DNA of 61,900 bases, counting the filler, from Candidatus Zapsychrus exili (lineage in GTDB: Bacteria > Omnitrophota > Gorgyraeia > Zapsychrales > Zapsychraceae): NCBI GenBank assembly GCA_030765585.1. It is 7 parts of 7 records of this genome, joined end to end, with 100 filler letters (N's around TTAATTAATTAA, not from the genome) between each part and the next. Parts side by side here need not be neighbours in the genome. Positions count along the whole stretch, not along the records: positions 1 to 19,519 come from JAVCCJ010000074.1; 6 more parts are not named here. One strand, given 5' to 3'. Shown piece after piece: positions 1 through 9,957 of this stretch (position 1 is the first letter of the stretch; each line of letters begins with the position of its first letter). Both the position numbers and the translations under genes were made by a program. The notes below the pieces were generated by a model. It was not told the origin of the DNA, did not search any database, and saw nothing but the letters and a program-made list of their open reading frames with translations.

Positions 1-416
1 AGTATATTCAGGGTAAGCCGTCCCATAGAAGTATTAGTATTGAAATGCTGGGTTACCGAAACAAAAGTCACATTGTTTTGGTCAAAGAACTCTAATAATT
101 GGGAAAAGTCCAATAATGAACGAGACAACCTATCAACTTTATAGACAACAATGCAATCTATTTTCTTTTCCTTGATATTTGAGATTAAACTTTGCAAAGC
201 CGGTCTTTCCGTATTCGCGCCGGTATAGCCGGCATCGTCATAACGATCAGGTAGAACAGTCCAGCCTTCAGATTTCTGGCTGGCGATATAGCTTTCACCT
301 GATTCACGCTGGGAGTCTAAAGAGGTGAATTCTTTTTCTAAATTATCGCTTGTGGATACGCGCGTATAAATAGCGCAGCGAAGCAATTTTTTTTCTTGAG
401 CTGTATTATTTTCCAT
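1..416 (-). CDS. Serine recombinase, N-terminal catalytic domain (runs off window start; absent from ORF track)
   Basis: Manual translation from ATG at 416: MENNTAQEKKLLRCAIYTRVST...RPALQSL...VVYKVDRLSRS...MGRLTLNI. Contains the YxRVS catalytic Ser and DRLSR motifs. Confidence 0.93.
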   Translation of the reverse strand, partial: MENNTAQEKKLLRCAIYTRVSTSDNLEKEFTSLDSQRESGESYIASQKSEGWTVLPDRYDDAGYTGANTERPALQSLISNIKEKKIDCIVVYKVDRLSRSLLDFSQLLEFFDQNNVTFVSVTQHFNTNTSMGRLTLNI

Positions 417-424
417 TTTATCCA

Positions 425-898
425 CTATAGATTAAAAAAGTCATATCCGCTCCAATGAGAATCTGTTATCTCTTCAGAAATAGCTGTCAGGCTCTTATAG
501 TATTTGTTCTTGTACTCAAAACCTTTTTCCAGAACTCTTACCTGAATTTCCTGATCTTTGTACTTTTTATGCATTACAGTGCCTGGAATCGGCAGCCGCT
601 TATCTCTTAAGGAAGGTATGGAGGTAACAACTTTTCCCGCAGACGTTACTTCTGGGCGTAGCGCTTTATTATTAATCGGATCATATTCCTTCAAGAGCTC
701 TTTAATTCTGGTTTTAGCTTTCTCTGATATCCCGCCATATTCAAGTTTTTGTAGTTTATAAGCGATTCTTTTAAAGAGGTAAACTTTATTGTCGCAGGGC
801 GTTTCCCTGACCTTAAATAGCTCTTTGTATTTACTTTGCAGCTTCTCAACCGATGCAACCTTTAACTCCATAATTTGGGATTGTAGCGTTTCTTTCAT
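425..898 (-). CDS. DUF2924 family protein
   Basis: KRIAYKLQ..YGG, PGTV, GFEY..KYYKSLTAISEEIT..HWSGYDFF. Lies directly upstream of a serine recombinase, as is typical. ATG 898 preferred over 943. Confidence 0.85.
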   Translation of the reverse strand: MKETLQSQIMELKVASVEKLQSKYKELFKVRETPCDNKVYLFKRIAYKLQKLEYGGISEKAKTRIKELLKEYDPINNKALRPEVTSAGKVVTSIPSLRDKRLPIPGTVMHKKYKDQEIQVRVLEKGFEYKNKYYKSLTAISEEITDSHWSGYDFFNL

Positions 899-1112
899 AA
901 TTCTGACCTTTCTTTTACACCCACATAGGGCCATAAACGACAAGGTAAGTCAAGGGGAATAGAGAGGTATTTTTAGGTTGTAGGAGAACGAATCTAGCAG
1001 TAAAATAACTTGATTACAAACTGTTTATTCTGTAATAGCCAATAGGTTGATGGTAGAAAAGTTTAATTTTGAGAAGAATCGAAATAAACTTTAACAAAAG
1101 GATGAAACTAAA

Positions 1113-1640
1113 TTGAAAGCAATTGAAACAAAATATAAAGGGTATCGATTCAGGTCGCGCTTAGAAGCTCGTTGGGCTGTTTATTTTGATGCCATAAAAA
1201 TTAAGTGGGAATATGAAAAGGAAGGATATAAACTTGATAGCGGAGATCGGTATCTTCCTGATTTTTGGCTTTCACAAGTCAATATGTGGGGTGAAGTAAA
1301 GCCAGGGAGATTCTCAGAAGCAGAAATCAATAAAGTCAAAGAGCTGGTTAAGGGTGCAAGTTTTCCGTTTATCCTATTAGAAGGAACTCCCGACGAACGA
1401 AGTTATGCTGTTGTGTATTTAAATGATAAGAAAGAGGTTGTTGTCGGTGAACCTAACGGCAATGATTGTGTTATTTCGATGTACCACAATTACCCTATAA
1501 ATGAACAACGTTTTTATTCTTGTTCAGGAGGAGGATTATCGGAATATGACTTTGGTGAAGGAGGGAATTTTTCAGATGTTAGATTTGCTGTTAAGAAAGC
1601 ACGGTCTGCAAGATTTGAATTCGGCGAAAATGGCACTTAG
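1113..1640 (+). CDS. Phage-type PD-(D/E)XK nuclease-like protein
   Basis: YKGYRFRSRLEARWAVYFD...WEYE...YLPDFWL...EVK; TTG start preceded by AAGGA. Confidence 0.7.
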   Translation: MKAIETKYKGYRFRSRLEARWAVYFDAIKIKWEYEKEGYKLDSGDRYLPDFWLSQVNMWGEVKPGRFSEAEINKVKELVKGASFPFILLEGTPDERSYAVVYLNDKKEVVVGEPNGNDCVISMYHNYPINEQRFYSCSGGGLSEYDFGEGGNFSDVRFAVKKARSARFEFGENGT

Positions 1641-1840
1641 TTGTGAGGCGAATGGGGGAAAAATTAAAAGCAATCTTGAGCTTAAGCCTACTGAATACGC
1701 ATAAGAAAAGTTCTACGTACTTTTGAGTTTTTATTGCAGCAGACAAGCGTTAAGAAACGGTATATAAACATAGATGTATTATTAACGTATATCAGCATAT
1801 CGAAAGTAACTATATATACCTGACGTACAAGGGAAAAACT

Positions 1841-2032
1841 GAAGGCCACTGGCGCAAGCTTTCATATGATGAAATCAACGCCCAAGACAAAACAAGCCTT
1901 GATATCTTTTGGCTTAAAGACAAGAGCTTGACAGATCTTGATAATCTTTCCGATCCAGATGTATTGGCAATAGATATCATTGAGAATATAGAAGCTGGGT
2001 TAAAAAGTTTTAAGGAATTATTGAGATGTTAA
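1841..2032 (+). pseudogene. 3' remnant of type I RM methyltransferase subunit (HsdM C-terminus)
   Basis: Translates EGHWRKLSYDEINAQDKTSLDIFWLKDKSLTDLDNLSDPDVLAIDIIENIEAGLKSFKELLRC*, resembling the conserved HsdM tail; the rest of the gene is absent. Confidence 0.75.
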
Positions 2033-2054
2033 ATAACGAATAACGTAGAAGTAT

Positions 2055-3062
2055 ATGAACAGTAGCGGTACTGAAACTAGCGAGAATAAAATTAATGAGA
2101 TGGCTCTAGAGAGGCTTGTTGAGGCTATAAAGAAGAGAACTGTTTTTGCTTTTATAGGAGCAGGTTGTTCAGCAAAACTGCGTTATCCTGGATGGGATGA
2201 TCTATTGTGCAGGCTCGAGGAAGCCATATCAAATAAGAACGATTTGGATGTGTATAAAAACAGCGAAGAATGCATCAAAGACAAGTTGTGGTACGCCGAA
2301 AAATTGGTTACGATACTAGGTGAAGATAAATTTCGTGATGTAATAAAAGATATATTTAAACCCCAAAAAGAAATGGATAGCAAATTTCATAGAGACTTAA
2401 TCAGCATACGATTCAGACATTATATAACCACTAACTATGATAGCATTTTAGATCATGCCGCAGAGAAGGCAGGATTTCCACTATCCCATTTTTGCTGGAA
2501 TGATAAAGATGTGTTAAAGAAGTTTTTTCAAAATATTCATGATTTTGAGTCAACACCTGAAAGATATGTAATCCATATTCACGGAAGATATGATAAACCT
2601 GACTCGATAATTTTAACGGAAAAGGACTATATGAAAATATATTTTGAACAAGAAACAGCTTATAAGATTTTGTGGAGTATTATTTCTTCTTTTCGAATGT
2701 GTTTCATTGGTTTTAATTTATACGATTTAGATCTTCTATCTATATTCAGAAAATCGAGATGGGATTTTGAGAGAGGTGACCCTCGTCATTATGCAATTAT
2801 TGATGAAGAGAATATTGCTAAAGAAAGGCGGTCACGCAGATTATATCTGAGAGAAAAATATGGTATAGAGCCGATATTCTTTGCGAAACAGAGAAAGGGA
2901 AATACTAAATGGAAAGAACAAGAGACTATCGTAGAAAAAATAGCTTTTTTATTTAGTGTTGTAGAAAGAAAAAAGGAACCAAAAATCAAAAAAATAAAAA
3001 AACTTTCTTTGAAAAAAGATGCAAAGAAATTGAAGGAAATAACCGATTTGGCAAAACAATAG
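2055..3062 (+). CDS. SIR2-like (SIR2_2) domain protein, putative NADase effector
   Basis: FIGAGCS..YPGW, ITTNYD, IHIHG, IILTEKDY and FIGF motifs. Confidence 0.88.
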   Translation: MNSSGTETSENKINEMALERLVEAIKKRTVFAFIGAGCSAKLRYPGWDDLLCRLEEAISNKNDLDVYKNSEECIKDKLWYAEKLVTILGEDKFRDVIKDIFKPQKEMDSKFHRDLISIRFRHYITTNYDSILDHAAEKAGFPLSHFCWNDKDVLKKFFQNIHDFESTPERYVIHIHGRYDKPDSIILTEKDYMKIYFEQETAYKILWSIISSFRMCFIGFNLYDLDLLSIFRKSRWDFERGDPRHYAIIDEENIAKERRSRRLYLREKYGIEPIFFAKQRKGNTKWKEQETIVEKIAFLFSVVERKKEPKIKKIKKLSLKKDAKKLKEITDLAKQ

Positions 3063-6000
3063 ATGAAAACCATAGAGAGAAAGAAATTAGTTAGTGCTTT
3101 TATGGAATCAATAAGGAAGGGGTCGTTGCTTGTTATTGGCGATCCGGGGACTGGTAAAACGTGGTTACTTAAGCAAGCTATTCAGAAGGTTTCGGCTGAA
3201 GATATACCACACTTTTTTATCCAGGTAGATGCAATTGATGTGAGAAGCGTTACGGACTTTAAAAAAGTGCTCGGGTTAGATAATCCGATTCAAGATGTAC
3301 TTAATTATGTGAGCGGTGGTAAGCGGAGTATTCTTTTTATTGATGCCTTAGATACAGCTCGCGGGCCGGTAAAACAAAATATATATATACAGTTCATTGA
3401 GCTAATTCAAAGAAAATGCAAAAATTGGTCAATTATTGCAAGTATTCGTTCATATGATGCCAAGCATTCTTTAAAGCTTTTGAATTTATTTCCTATAAAA
3501 AGCCCTGAGTTATCTGAGGAGTTTCAACTTGAAAACGTGAAGTATAGACATTTTTTTGTTCCCCCGCTTTCAGGTACTGAGATCGCGGAATTCCTTGATA
3601 AAAACCAGTTGTTAAGTAACTTATATCAAAAGGCAAGCGATAAGTTAAAGAAATTATTCTATGTACCTTTTAATCTTTGGTTGCTGGATACCTTGATTAG
3701 CGGAGATATCGCTCTTAACAGAATTTCTGATGCTCAAACCGTTGTACAGCTTTTTGGTTTATATTGGGAATTTAGAATTATAAACAAACAGGATTCCGAA
3801 GATCGTGAAAACATCTTGAGAAGAGCGGCAAAAATCATGGTCGGCAACAATTCTTTGTCCTTATGGAAAAAAGATTTGTACATTGAGGGCACAAGTAACA
3901 CGCTTAAAGGGTTGCTTAGTGATCAGGCGTTAATAGCGCTATCAGGAACCGAACAGCGTTTGGCTTTTGAACATAATATGATATTTGATTATGTTGTTTC
4001 GAGACTATTAATTCAAGAGAATCCCAAGTATGCACTTAGTTTTCTTCAACAAGATCAAAGCAGGCCAATCTTTTTGAGGCCGAGTATAGAATATTATTTT
4101 TCCCGACTATGGTACAGCGATCGCGTTCTTTTTTGGAAGGTGTTTTGGCACTTCCAATCTGCTAGTAAAAATGAATACATTCATATTCTACCAATTGTTA
4201 CTTTTGTAAAAGAAATCAGCTGTCTCGAAGACTTTATACTGGTTAAAGACAAGCTTGAAAAGGCGAGTAGCTTATATCGTAAAGATTACTATAAAATTAT
4301 AAATAATATCTTCAGAGTTTTGAAAGTATTTAAACCTTCTATAGAATTCCCTCAAGATTGGGTATGGGTTGAAATGATGTATGTTGTAAAGGATACGTTA
4401 AGCGTCATTTTTATAGATGAGTTTATCCGCAGCCTAAAAACAGCTGTTGATAAATGGGATAAATGGACTGTATCGCAACAAGAAAAAATTGCTGTCATAG
4501 CAAGAGCAATATTAAATTGGGCATGGCAACCACCTAAGGGGCTTACTAATAATCAAATAAGTCTTTTACATAACATGATAGCAGTTTGGGGTGTTCCTTT
4601 AGTCTGCAAAACATTTGGATCTGGCACAAAGGAAGCAAAAAAAATCCTGAGCGGAATCTTAAAACGTGTCGGTTCCTCATCATTTATTATTCGCGAGATT
4701 TATAGCCTTTGTGGTGAAATAGATTCTATATGGCTCTATGATCCTGATTTTGTAATAGCTATTTATAAAACAGTTTTTGGGTATGAGGAAAAGTCACAAG
4801 GAATGACTGTGATGCGAGGTGGAATTTTGTCTTTAACTAGCACGAAAAGGCAGGATTACGAAGGTTGTTACTATATTCTTAACAAAAAATTTCCGAACTT
4901 TCTTGCACAATGTCCGATACAAGCTACCAAAGCAATGGTTGAGGCGGTTAATATAATTGTTAAACGAAAAGAGTTGTCTAAATGGAAGAAGAAAAGTTAT
5001 CCAATTCAATGGTTTCAATTTTTTGATATAAAGGCAAAGTATTTAGAAGACAGAAGTTCCGTTTGGGCCGACCGTGAATATAGAAGAGAACATTTCAAGA
5101 TGCTCGGTGATTTTACAAATTATTTAGATAAGTTAGGTCAAAAGAACGATGTCGTTAGCTTGAATTTAATAAAATCTTTGCTGGTTGAGATTGCGCGGAT
5201 AAATGAAGTTGCTTTTATATGGAAACGATTATTACGTCTTTGTTCAAAAAACCCATCAGTTTTTACTCAATTACTTCTGCCACTTTTTAAATCGACCTCA
5301 ATTTTAATTAATAGAGATACAACTTATGAAGCTGGTGAGGCATTAAGGATAGGGTTTGTTTATTTGGGCAAAAAAGACAGAGAAGAAATTGAAAACATAT
5401 TGCTAAAATTACCGGAACATATAAAAGGTAAAAACAATAAGGATCGGTTGACTGAACTCCGGAATACTTTGTTAAGTTGTATCCCTAAGGATATCTTATC
5501 TGAGGTTTCAAAGCAGACGTTGAATGAAGCAGAAAAATTTGCCAAAATTTTTCCGAATGAACCAGAAATGAAAAATATAGAATTTTCCAGCAAGCCATAC
5601 ACAAATATTGATTGGTTGAAAGAACAAAAGGCAAACTTAGAGGCAGATAGCAGCAAGAAAATATTAGATCTTGTAGCTCCAATTAAGTCATTTCAGGAAA
5701 AATTCCTTAACGGAATTCCGATAAAAGAAGAAATTAATGGAATATTGAGAAACGTACTAGAACTAAAGAAGGAACTTGAAAACAAGGATATTGCTTATGA
5801 TGAGCTAGTCAAACAGGATGTACTAACAGACCTTACTTCTGTATGTATACGCATTTCAAGGAACGATGAGTTATCTGGTGAGAGCAAAATCTTGAAACTT
5901 TGCGAGGAAGTATTTGTATTAGCTGCTAAGAACCAATTCCCAAAATACGATAAAAAATATCATGACAAATTCGATAGTCCACATTGGGGGCCTTCTCCAC

Positions 6001-7127
6001 GTATTGAAGCGGCAGAAGGAATAATGAATTTAACGAAAAGGAAAGAATTTGTTACAGAAAACAACTTGAAATTGATTAAAGATTTGTCTACTGATTTAGT
6101 ACCAGCTGTTAGATACAATATTATTAGGAGGCTACATTTTCTTTATAGAATAGCAGAGAAAGAGATGTGGAATGTCGCTGTTCATACAGCTAAACGCGAA
6201 AATACTAACGGGGTTCTGGTGGCTTTGGCAGTATCAATGGGTGTTTTTGCCCGATTGAAAACTAATTCCGTTTTGGATATTTTTGATATTATTTGTAAAA
6301 GAAAATCTATCAAAGAGCGAAAGGCATCAGGTGTTCATAATGATCCTTGCGTTTCCGCAGCAACTCAATTAGTGCTTTTAGATAGTAATAAAAGATCTAA
6401 TTTAAAAATTAAAGTTTATGAAAAGAGCCCGCTTAAATATTTTGATGAGTTACAACAAGTTGCTATTTCAGCAATAAATTATTTAACTATAGGATTCGAC
6501 GAAAAAGAACATAAAGAAATAAATACAGAGTTAGTTAGAAAAAGGACGAGACGGATTCTTTCGCGACTTTTAGTGAGCGCTAGCGATGGATTTCGTAAAC
6601 TATACAAAAGATACGGAAAGAATAAATGGCCTGAAGACAGAAAAACATTAGCGATTGGGCTTTACGATATAATAGATATCATTGCAAGATGGCTATATTT
6701 TAGCGCTACTAGCGAGAATAGAAAAACATGTCTTTATGATGAGCAAATTCAGCAATATTATTTTGAAATAAAATCTTTGATTAACCAAATAATATTAGTA
6801 GGTTCAACCAAAGAGGCCTTTTTGCATCCAGGTACGACTCATTATTTGATGCAGTTGTGCAATATAGTAATAAAATATGACCCCATAGGAGTGATTAGAA
6901 TTACTGAGGCATTATGTAAGGCTTCGGAAATGCATGGATATGCTTTGGACTCTATGGCAATTGGAGAAGTAGTAAAGCTAGTTGAGGTTTATATTGCTGA
7001 TTTTAAGGAGATTCTACAGGACAAAAGAAATATCTTATCTTTAATGAACATCTTAAATATATTTATTAAAGCTGGTTGGCCAGGAGCAATTAAATTAGCG
7101 ATTAGATTAGATGAGATTTGGCGATAG
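3063..7127 (+). CDS. Large STAND NTPase with helical-repeat C-terminus (Avs/AVAST-like, resembles Avs2), no N-terminal effector
   Basis: Walker A GDPGTGKT at aa 26-33, Walker B ILFIDALD, PFNLWLL, FEHNMIFDY, long helical region, C-terminus GWPGAIKLAIRLDEIWR. Subtype is from recall. Confidence 0.7.
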   Translation: MKTIERKKLVSAFMESIRKGSLLVIGDPGTGKTWLLKQAIQKVSAEDIPHFFIQVDAIDVRSVTDFKKVLGLDNPIQDVLNYVSGGKRSILFIDALDTARGPVKQNIYIQFIELIQRKCKNWSIIASIRSYDAKHSLKLLNLFPIKSPELSEEFQLENVKYRHFFVPPLSGTEIAEFLDKNQLLSNLYQKASDKLKKLFYVPFNLWLLDTLISGDIALNRISDAQTVVQLFGLYWEFRIINKQDSEDRENILRRAAKIMVGNNSLSLWKKDLYIEGTSNTLKGLLSDQALIALSGTEQRLAFEHNMIFDYVVSRLLIQENPKYALSFLQQDQSRPIFLRPSIEYYFSRLWYSDRVLFWKVFWHFQSASKNEYIHILPIVTFVKEISCLEDFILVKDKLEKASSLYRKDYYKIINNIFRVLKVFKPSIEFPQDWVWVEMMYVVKDTLSVIFIDEFIRSLKTAVDKWDKWTVSQQEKIAVIARAILNWAWQPPKGLTNNQISLLHNMIAVWGVPLVCKTFGSGTKEAKKILSGILKRVGSSSFIIREIYSLCGEIDSIWLYDPDFVIAIYKTVFGYEEKSQGMTVMRGGILSLTSTKRQDYEGCYYILNKKFPNFLAQCPIQATKAMVEAVNIIVKRKELSKWKKKSYPIQWFQFFDIKAKYLEDRSSVWADREYRREHFKMLGDFTNYLDKLGQKNDVVSLNLIKSLLVEIARINEVAFIWKRLLRLCSKNPSVFTQLLLPLFKSTSILINRDTTYEAGEALRIGFVYLGKKDREEIENILLKLPEHIKGKNNKDRLTELRNTLLSCIPKDILSEVSKQTLNEAEKFAKIFPNEPEMKNIEFSSKPYTNIDWLKEQKANLEADSSKKILDLVAPIKSFQEKFLNGIPIKEEINGILRNVLELKKELENKDIAYDELVKQDVLTDLTSVCIRISRNDELSGESKILKLCEEVFVLAAKNQFPKYDKKYHDKFDSPHWGPSPRIEAAEGIMNLTKRKEFVTENNLKLIKDLSTDLVPAVRYNIIRRLHFLYRIAEKEMWNVAVHTAKRENTNGVLVALAVSMGVFARLKTNSVLDIFDIICKRKSIKERKASGVHNDPCVSAATQLVLLDSNKRSNLKIKVYEKSPLKYFDELQQVAISAINYLTIGFDEKEHKEINTELVRKRTRRILSRLLVSASDGFRKLYKRYGKNKWPEDRKTLAIGLYDIIDIIARWLYFSATSENRKTCLYDEQIQQYYFEIKSLINQIILVGSTKEAFLHPGTTHYLMQLCNIVIKYDPIGVIRITEALCKASEMHGYALDSMAIGEVVKLVEVYIADFKEILQDKRNILSLMNILNIFIKAGWPGAIKLAIRLDEIWR

Positions 7128-7360
7128 AACATGTACGGATTAAGATTTATTAATGTGTAAAAACACAAGAACAAATCAAACAGTATCCGCGATTATATGG
7201 CCGTCAGATAACTGAAGAAGAATATCGCGAAATAGCTGTATAAAATCTTCTATGACCTTCCTTTAAGATCTTTAAGAGAGACTTGATTGTATCCTAATTC
7301 TATGGATATATATGACCTGACAGAAAATACTCTTTAAGCGAGAGAGGCTTTCGAGGGTTG

Positions 7361-7603
7361 TTATATATTATTTTCCGCTTCTTTGATCAGCTTACTCAAG
7401 GGTAAGTTTAGTGCCGCGGCAATCTTATAAGCCACACCAATCCCCACATCAACCTTCCCTAATTCAATAGAACTTACATAAGTACGGTGTATATTAGCCT
7501 TATCAGCAAAATCTTCTTGTGAAAGATTTAGCTTGTGGCGTCTTCTTCTTACCGTCATGCCGAATTCCTGCCCGATTTTTTTAATCTTGCTAGATTCTTT
7601 CAT
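7361..7603 (-). CDS. XRE-family HTH regulator (controller C-protein-like)
   Basis: LSQEDFADKANIHRTYVSSIELG; 80 aa. Confidence 0.88.
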   Translation of the reverse strand: MKESSKIKKIGQEFGMTVRRRRHKLNLSQEDFADKANIHRTYVSSIELGKVDVGIGVAYKIAAALNLPLSKLIKEAENNI

Positions 7604-7622
7604 CAGAGTTATAATCCCACAG

Positions 7623-7655
7623 TGTAGACTATTAATCTACAGATGATAGTCTACA
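7623..7655. promoter_or_regulatory. C-box-like operator upstream of XRE gene
   Basis: Perfect 10-bp inverted repeat TGTAGACTAT (7623-7632) / ATAGTCTACA (7646-7655) with GACT..AGTC core, 20 nt from the ATG. Confidence 0.6.
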
Positions 7656-7797
7656 AAATGAAAATCAAGCTTATTCTGGATATCTTGTGTTTGAGGAGGA
7701 AAGATAAGGTTTTGGCGAGGAAACAAAGTAAGAATAGCCTTGATTATATTTTAATTGTATGGCCCTATGTGGTCTGAAGAGTTTTTTCGAAGCGTCT

Positions 7798-8010
7798 TTA
7801 ATCTAACAGCTTTGAAGGTTTAACTTTGAGAGCTTTGGCGAGCCTTTCGATGGTTTCGACTTTAAGATTTGGCGGGTTTTTACCTTCAATTTTTTGGATG
7901 TATTTATAGTCGATGCCGGATAAACCTGAAAGTCTATCTTGTGTATAGTTTCGCTTTTTACGAAGTTCTTTTATCCTTTTGCTTAATTTGATGCGGATTG
8001 AAGCTTTCAT
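7798..8010 (-). CDS. XRE-family HTH regulator
   Basis: RIKELRKKRNYTQDRLS..SGIDYKYIQKIEG..PNLKVETIERLAKAL; ATG at 8010. Confidence 0.88.
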   Translation of the reverse strand: MKASIRIKLSKRIKELRKKRNYTQDRLSGLSGIDYKYIQKIEGKNPPNLKVETIERLAKALKVKPSKLLD

Positions 8011-8039
8011 ACACCAATTATCCCACGGTGTTATCATTA

Positions 8040-8069
8040 TTGACACCTAACGCTTGTAAGGTGTATAAT
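8040..8069 (+). promoter_or_regulatory. Consensus sigma-70 promoter overlapped by a palindromic operator
   Basis: TTGACA (8040-8045), 18 nt, TATAAT (8064-8069); ACACCT...AGGTGT palindrome at 8043-8064. Confidence 0.65.
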
Positions 8070-8289
8070 TTGTAAGGTTATAGAAAAAAGACGTTGCGTC
8101 AAGAGCAAAAGAAACGGTGATATCTCTGGAGTGAGATTAGCCAGATTCATGAAAGCGAAGAAATAGAAATCCGACTCCAAGTACGATAAGGGTGTATATG
8201 GAGGCGGTTGAGATATATAGATTTTAGAGGGTTATGTGTTAAATGGTGAAGCAAGTAGGTAGATGAGCTTAGACAAGGAGGGTGATAGT

Positions 8290-9267
8290 ATGAAGAGATT
8301 AGTTGTAGTATTGGTGTTTTCAGCATTGTTTTGCATGAGAATAGTTTCTGTTCAAGCCGGTAGCAAGGTTACTGTTGGTGTGGGGAAGATAGAATATAGA
8401 GCAACCTTGAGTGAGGCAGATAAAAATAGGCATGCTTATGGTAGAGGGAGTGTGGCAGCAGAGAACACAAAAGCATTTGTTGATATGCTAAGCACCGCAC
8501 TTATCAAGGCAAAGAAGTTTAGAGTTATCGAACGTGAACGCTTGGGCGACCTTATTCAGGAGCAAAGTTTAGGTGAAAGTGGTATGATTCTTGATGAAGA
8601 AACTGCTCATAAGTTGGGAACAGTACACGGTATAGATTACATGATATTAGGAGCTATTACCCAGTATGGCATCGATAAGACAGGGATAGGCACAGGAGGC
8701 AAATTAGGTTTCAACCTTGGTTTGGCCAGCGAGAAAGCAAGGATGTCTGTTGATATGCGGATAATTGAGGTAGAAACAGGAGCGGTGGTTATAGCGGAAA
8801 CAGTAGAGGAAATAGTAAGTGGGTCAAAAAGTTTAAGAAGTGAGTATGTGGCGTTAGATTCAGGGGGTGGCCAGCTACTTTCAGATGTGATGAGAAAGAC
8901 ATCTAACTCTGTAGCGAGATTAATAGTTTCCAAGCTTTTTCCAGTAAAAGTAGTAAATATCTCATCTAGCGGAGTAATAATGCTTAATTATGGTAGTGGA
9001 TTTTTGAATGAGAAAGGTGTATTTGATGTTTTCTCCCAGGGAGAGGAAATAGTAGACCCCGACACAGGGGAAGTGTTGGGTAGTGAAGAAGAAAAGGTAG
9101 GGCGTATTGAGATAACCAGTGTCCATGAGAAATTCTCAAAAGCAAAAGCATTGGAAGGAACAGATAAGATAGGGAAAGGCATGATTTGTAGATCTGTCAG
9201 TAAGAAAACATTAGCAAAAGAGCAAAAGACAAGAAAGAAAACAAAAAGAAAGAAATTGAAGTTTTAA
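8290..9267 (+). CDS. CsgG/HfaB family exported protein with FlgT-like C-terminal domain
   Basis: Signal peptide; FRVIERERL..LIQEQ, DYMILGAIT, VDMRIIEVETG, DPDTGEVLG; RBS AAGGAGG before ATG 8290. Confidence 0.8.
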   Translation: MKRLVVVLVFSALFCMRIVSVQAGSKVTVGVGKIEYRATLSEADKNRHAYGRGSVAAENTKAFVDMLSTALIKAKKFRVIERERLGDLIQEQSLGESGMILDEETAHKLGTVHGIDYMILGAITQYGIDKTGIGTGGKLGFNLGLASEKARMSVDMRIIEVETGAVVIAETVEEIVSGSKSLRSEYVALDSGGGQLLSDVMRKTSNSVARLIVSKLFPVKVVNISSSGVIMLNYGSGFLNEKGVFDVFSQGEEIVDPDTGEVLGSEEEKVGRIEITSVHEKFSKAKALEGTDKIGKGMICRSVSKKTLAKEQKTRKKTKRKKLKF

Positions 9268-9346
9268 AGGGGATAATCTTAATGAAGACGGAAATCTGAT
9301 AGGCACTTTTCTATTAAGCAGGAATCAGTAAAAGAAGAAGTTAGTC

Positions 9347-9955
9347 ATGGGATACGATAAAGAACTGTTAAAAAGTTGGTGTGATGACGAAAGTTGGGGA
9401 GATTACCTAAGTCGAAAAGGTGCATTGGTTGATAACGTCTCGACCGAACAATTCAAAGCCATTGAGAAAGAATACTTTGATGCGCTCAAAGAGAGAATCG
9501 ATATTTGCGAGGACATACTTAGAAGACACAAAGACGGATTTGTCAATTATGTGCTTGCTCAGCTTTATGATAAAGATGATGTTGATCGATCGCCGGAAAC
9601 CTTATGCAAGCGAAAAGTTATCTATCACTGCCTCCAAGCAATTAAGGAAAATTCTAATTTTGCACCAACTTGGGTATTACTTGCTGAAACCTATGAATGG
9701 ATAGCAACATTGGGCGATGAAAGCGATACCATGCCAAAGATGGAGGTCTCGGTTCGTGATAAACATATTACTGCCAACATAAGACAAAAAGATCAATTAG
9801 GTATTGCAAGTAATTCTCAAGACGTCACAATCCAATATATTGAAAAAGCTATTTCTTGTATTAAAAGGGCGATTGCCATAGATCCATCAAATAAAGAATA
9901 TCAGGGGATACTCAGAAGCTATTATCGTCAAAGAAATGAGGACTATCGGCGATAA
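9347..9955 (+). CDS. Hypothetical protein with TPR-like helices
   Basis: 202-aa ORF; AISCIKRAIAIDPSN is TPR-like. Confidence 0.55.
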   Translation: MGYDKELLKSWCDDESWGDYLSRKGALVDNVSTEQFKAIEKEYFDALKERIDICEDILRRHKDGFVNYVLAQLYDKDDVDRSPETLCKRKVIYHCLQAIKENSNFAPTWVLLAETYEWIATLGDESDTMPKMEVSVRDKHITANIRQKDQLGIASNSQDVTIQYIEKAISCIKRAIAIDPSNKEYQGILRSYYRQRNEDYRR

Positions 9956-9957
9956 TT

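Noticed and set aside
3060..3062. Genome-wide TAG recoding or pyrrolysine as the explanation for the SIR2-STAND stop
   Set aside because: TAG ends several ordinary genes in the window (apt, sigma factor, Trm112, DUF2924), and no pyl genes are seen.
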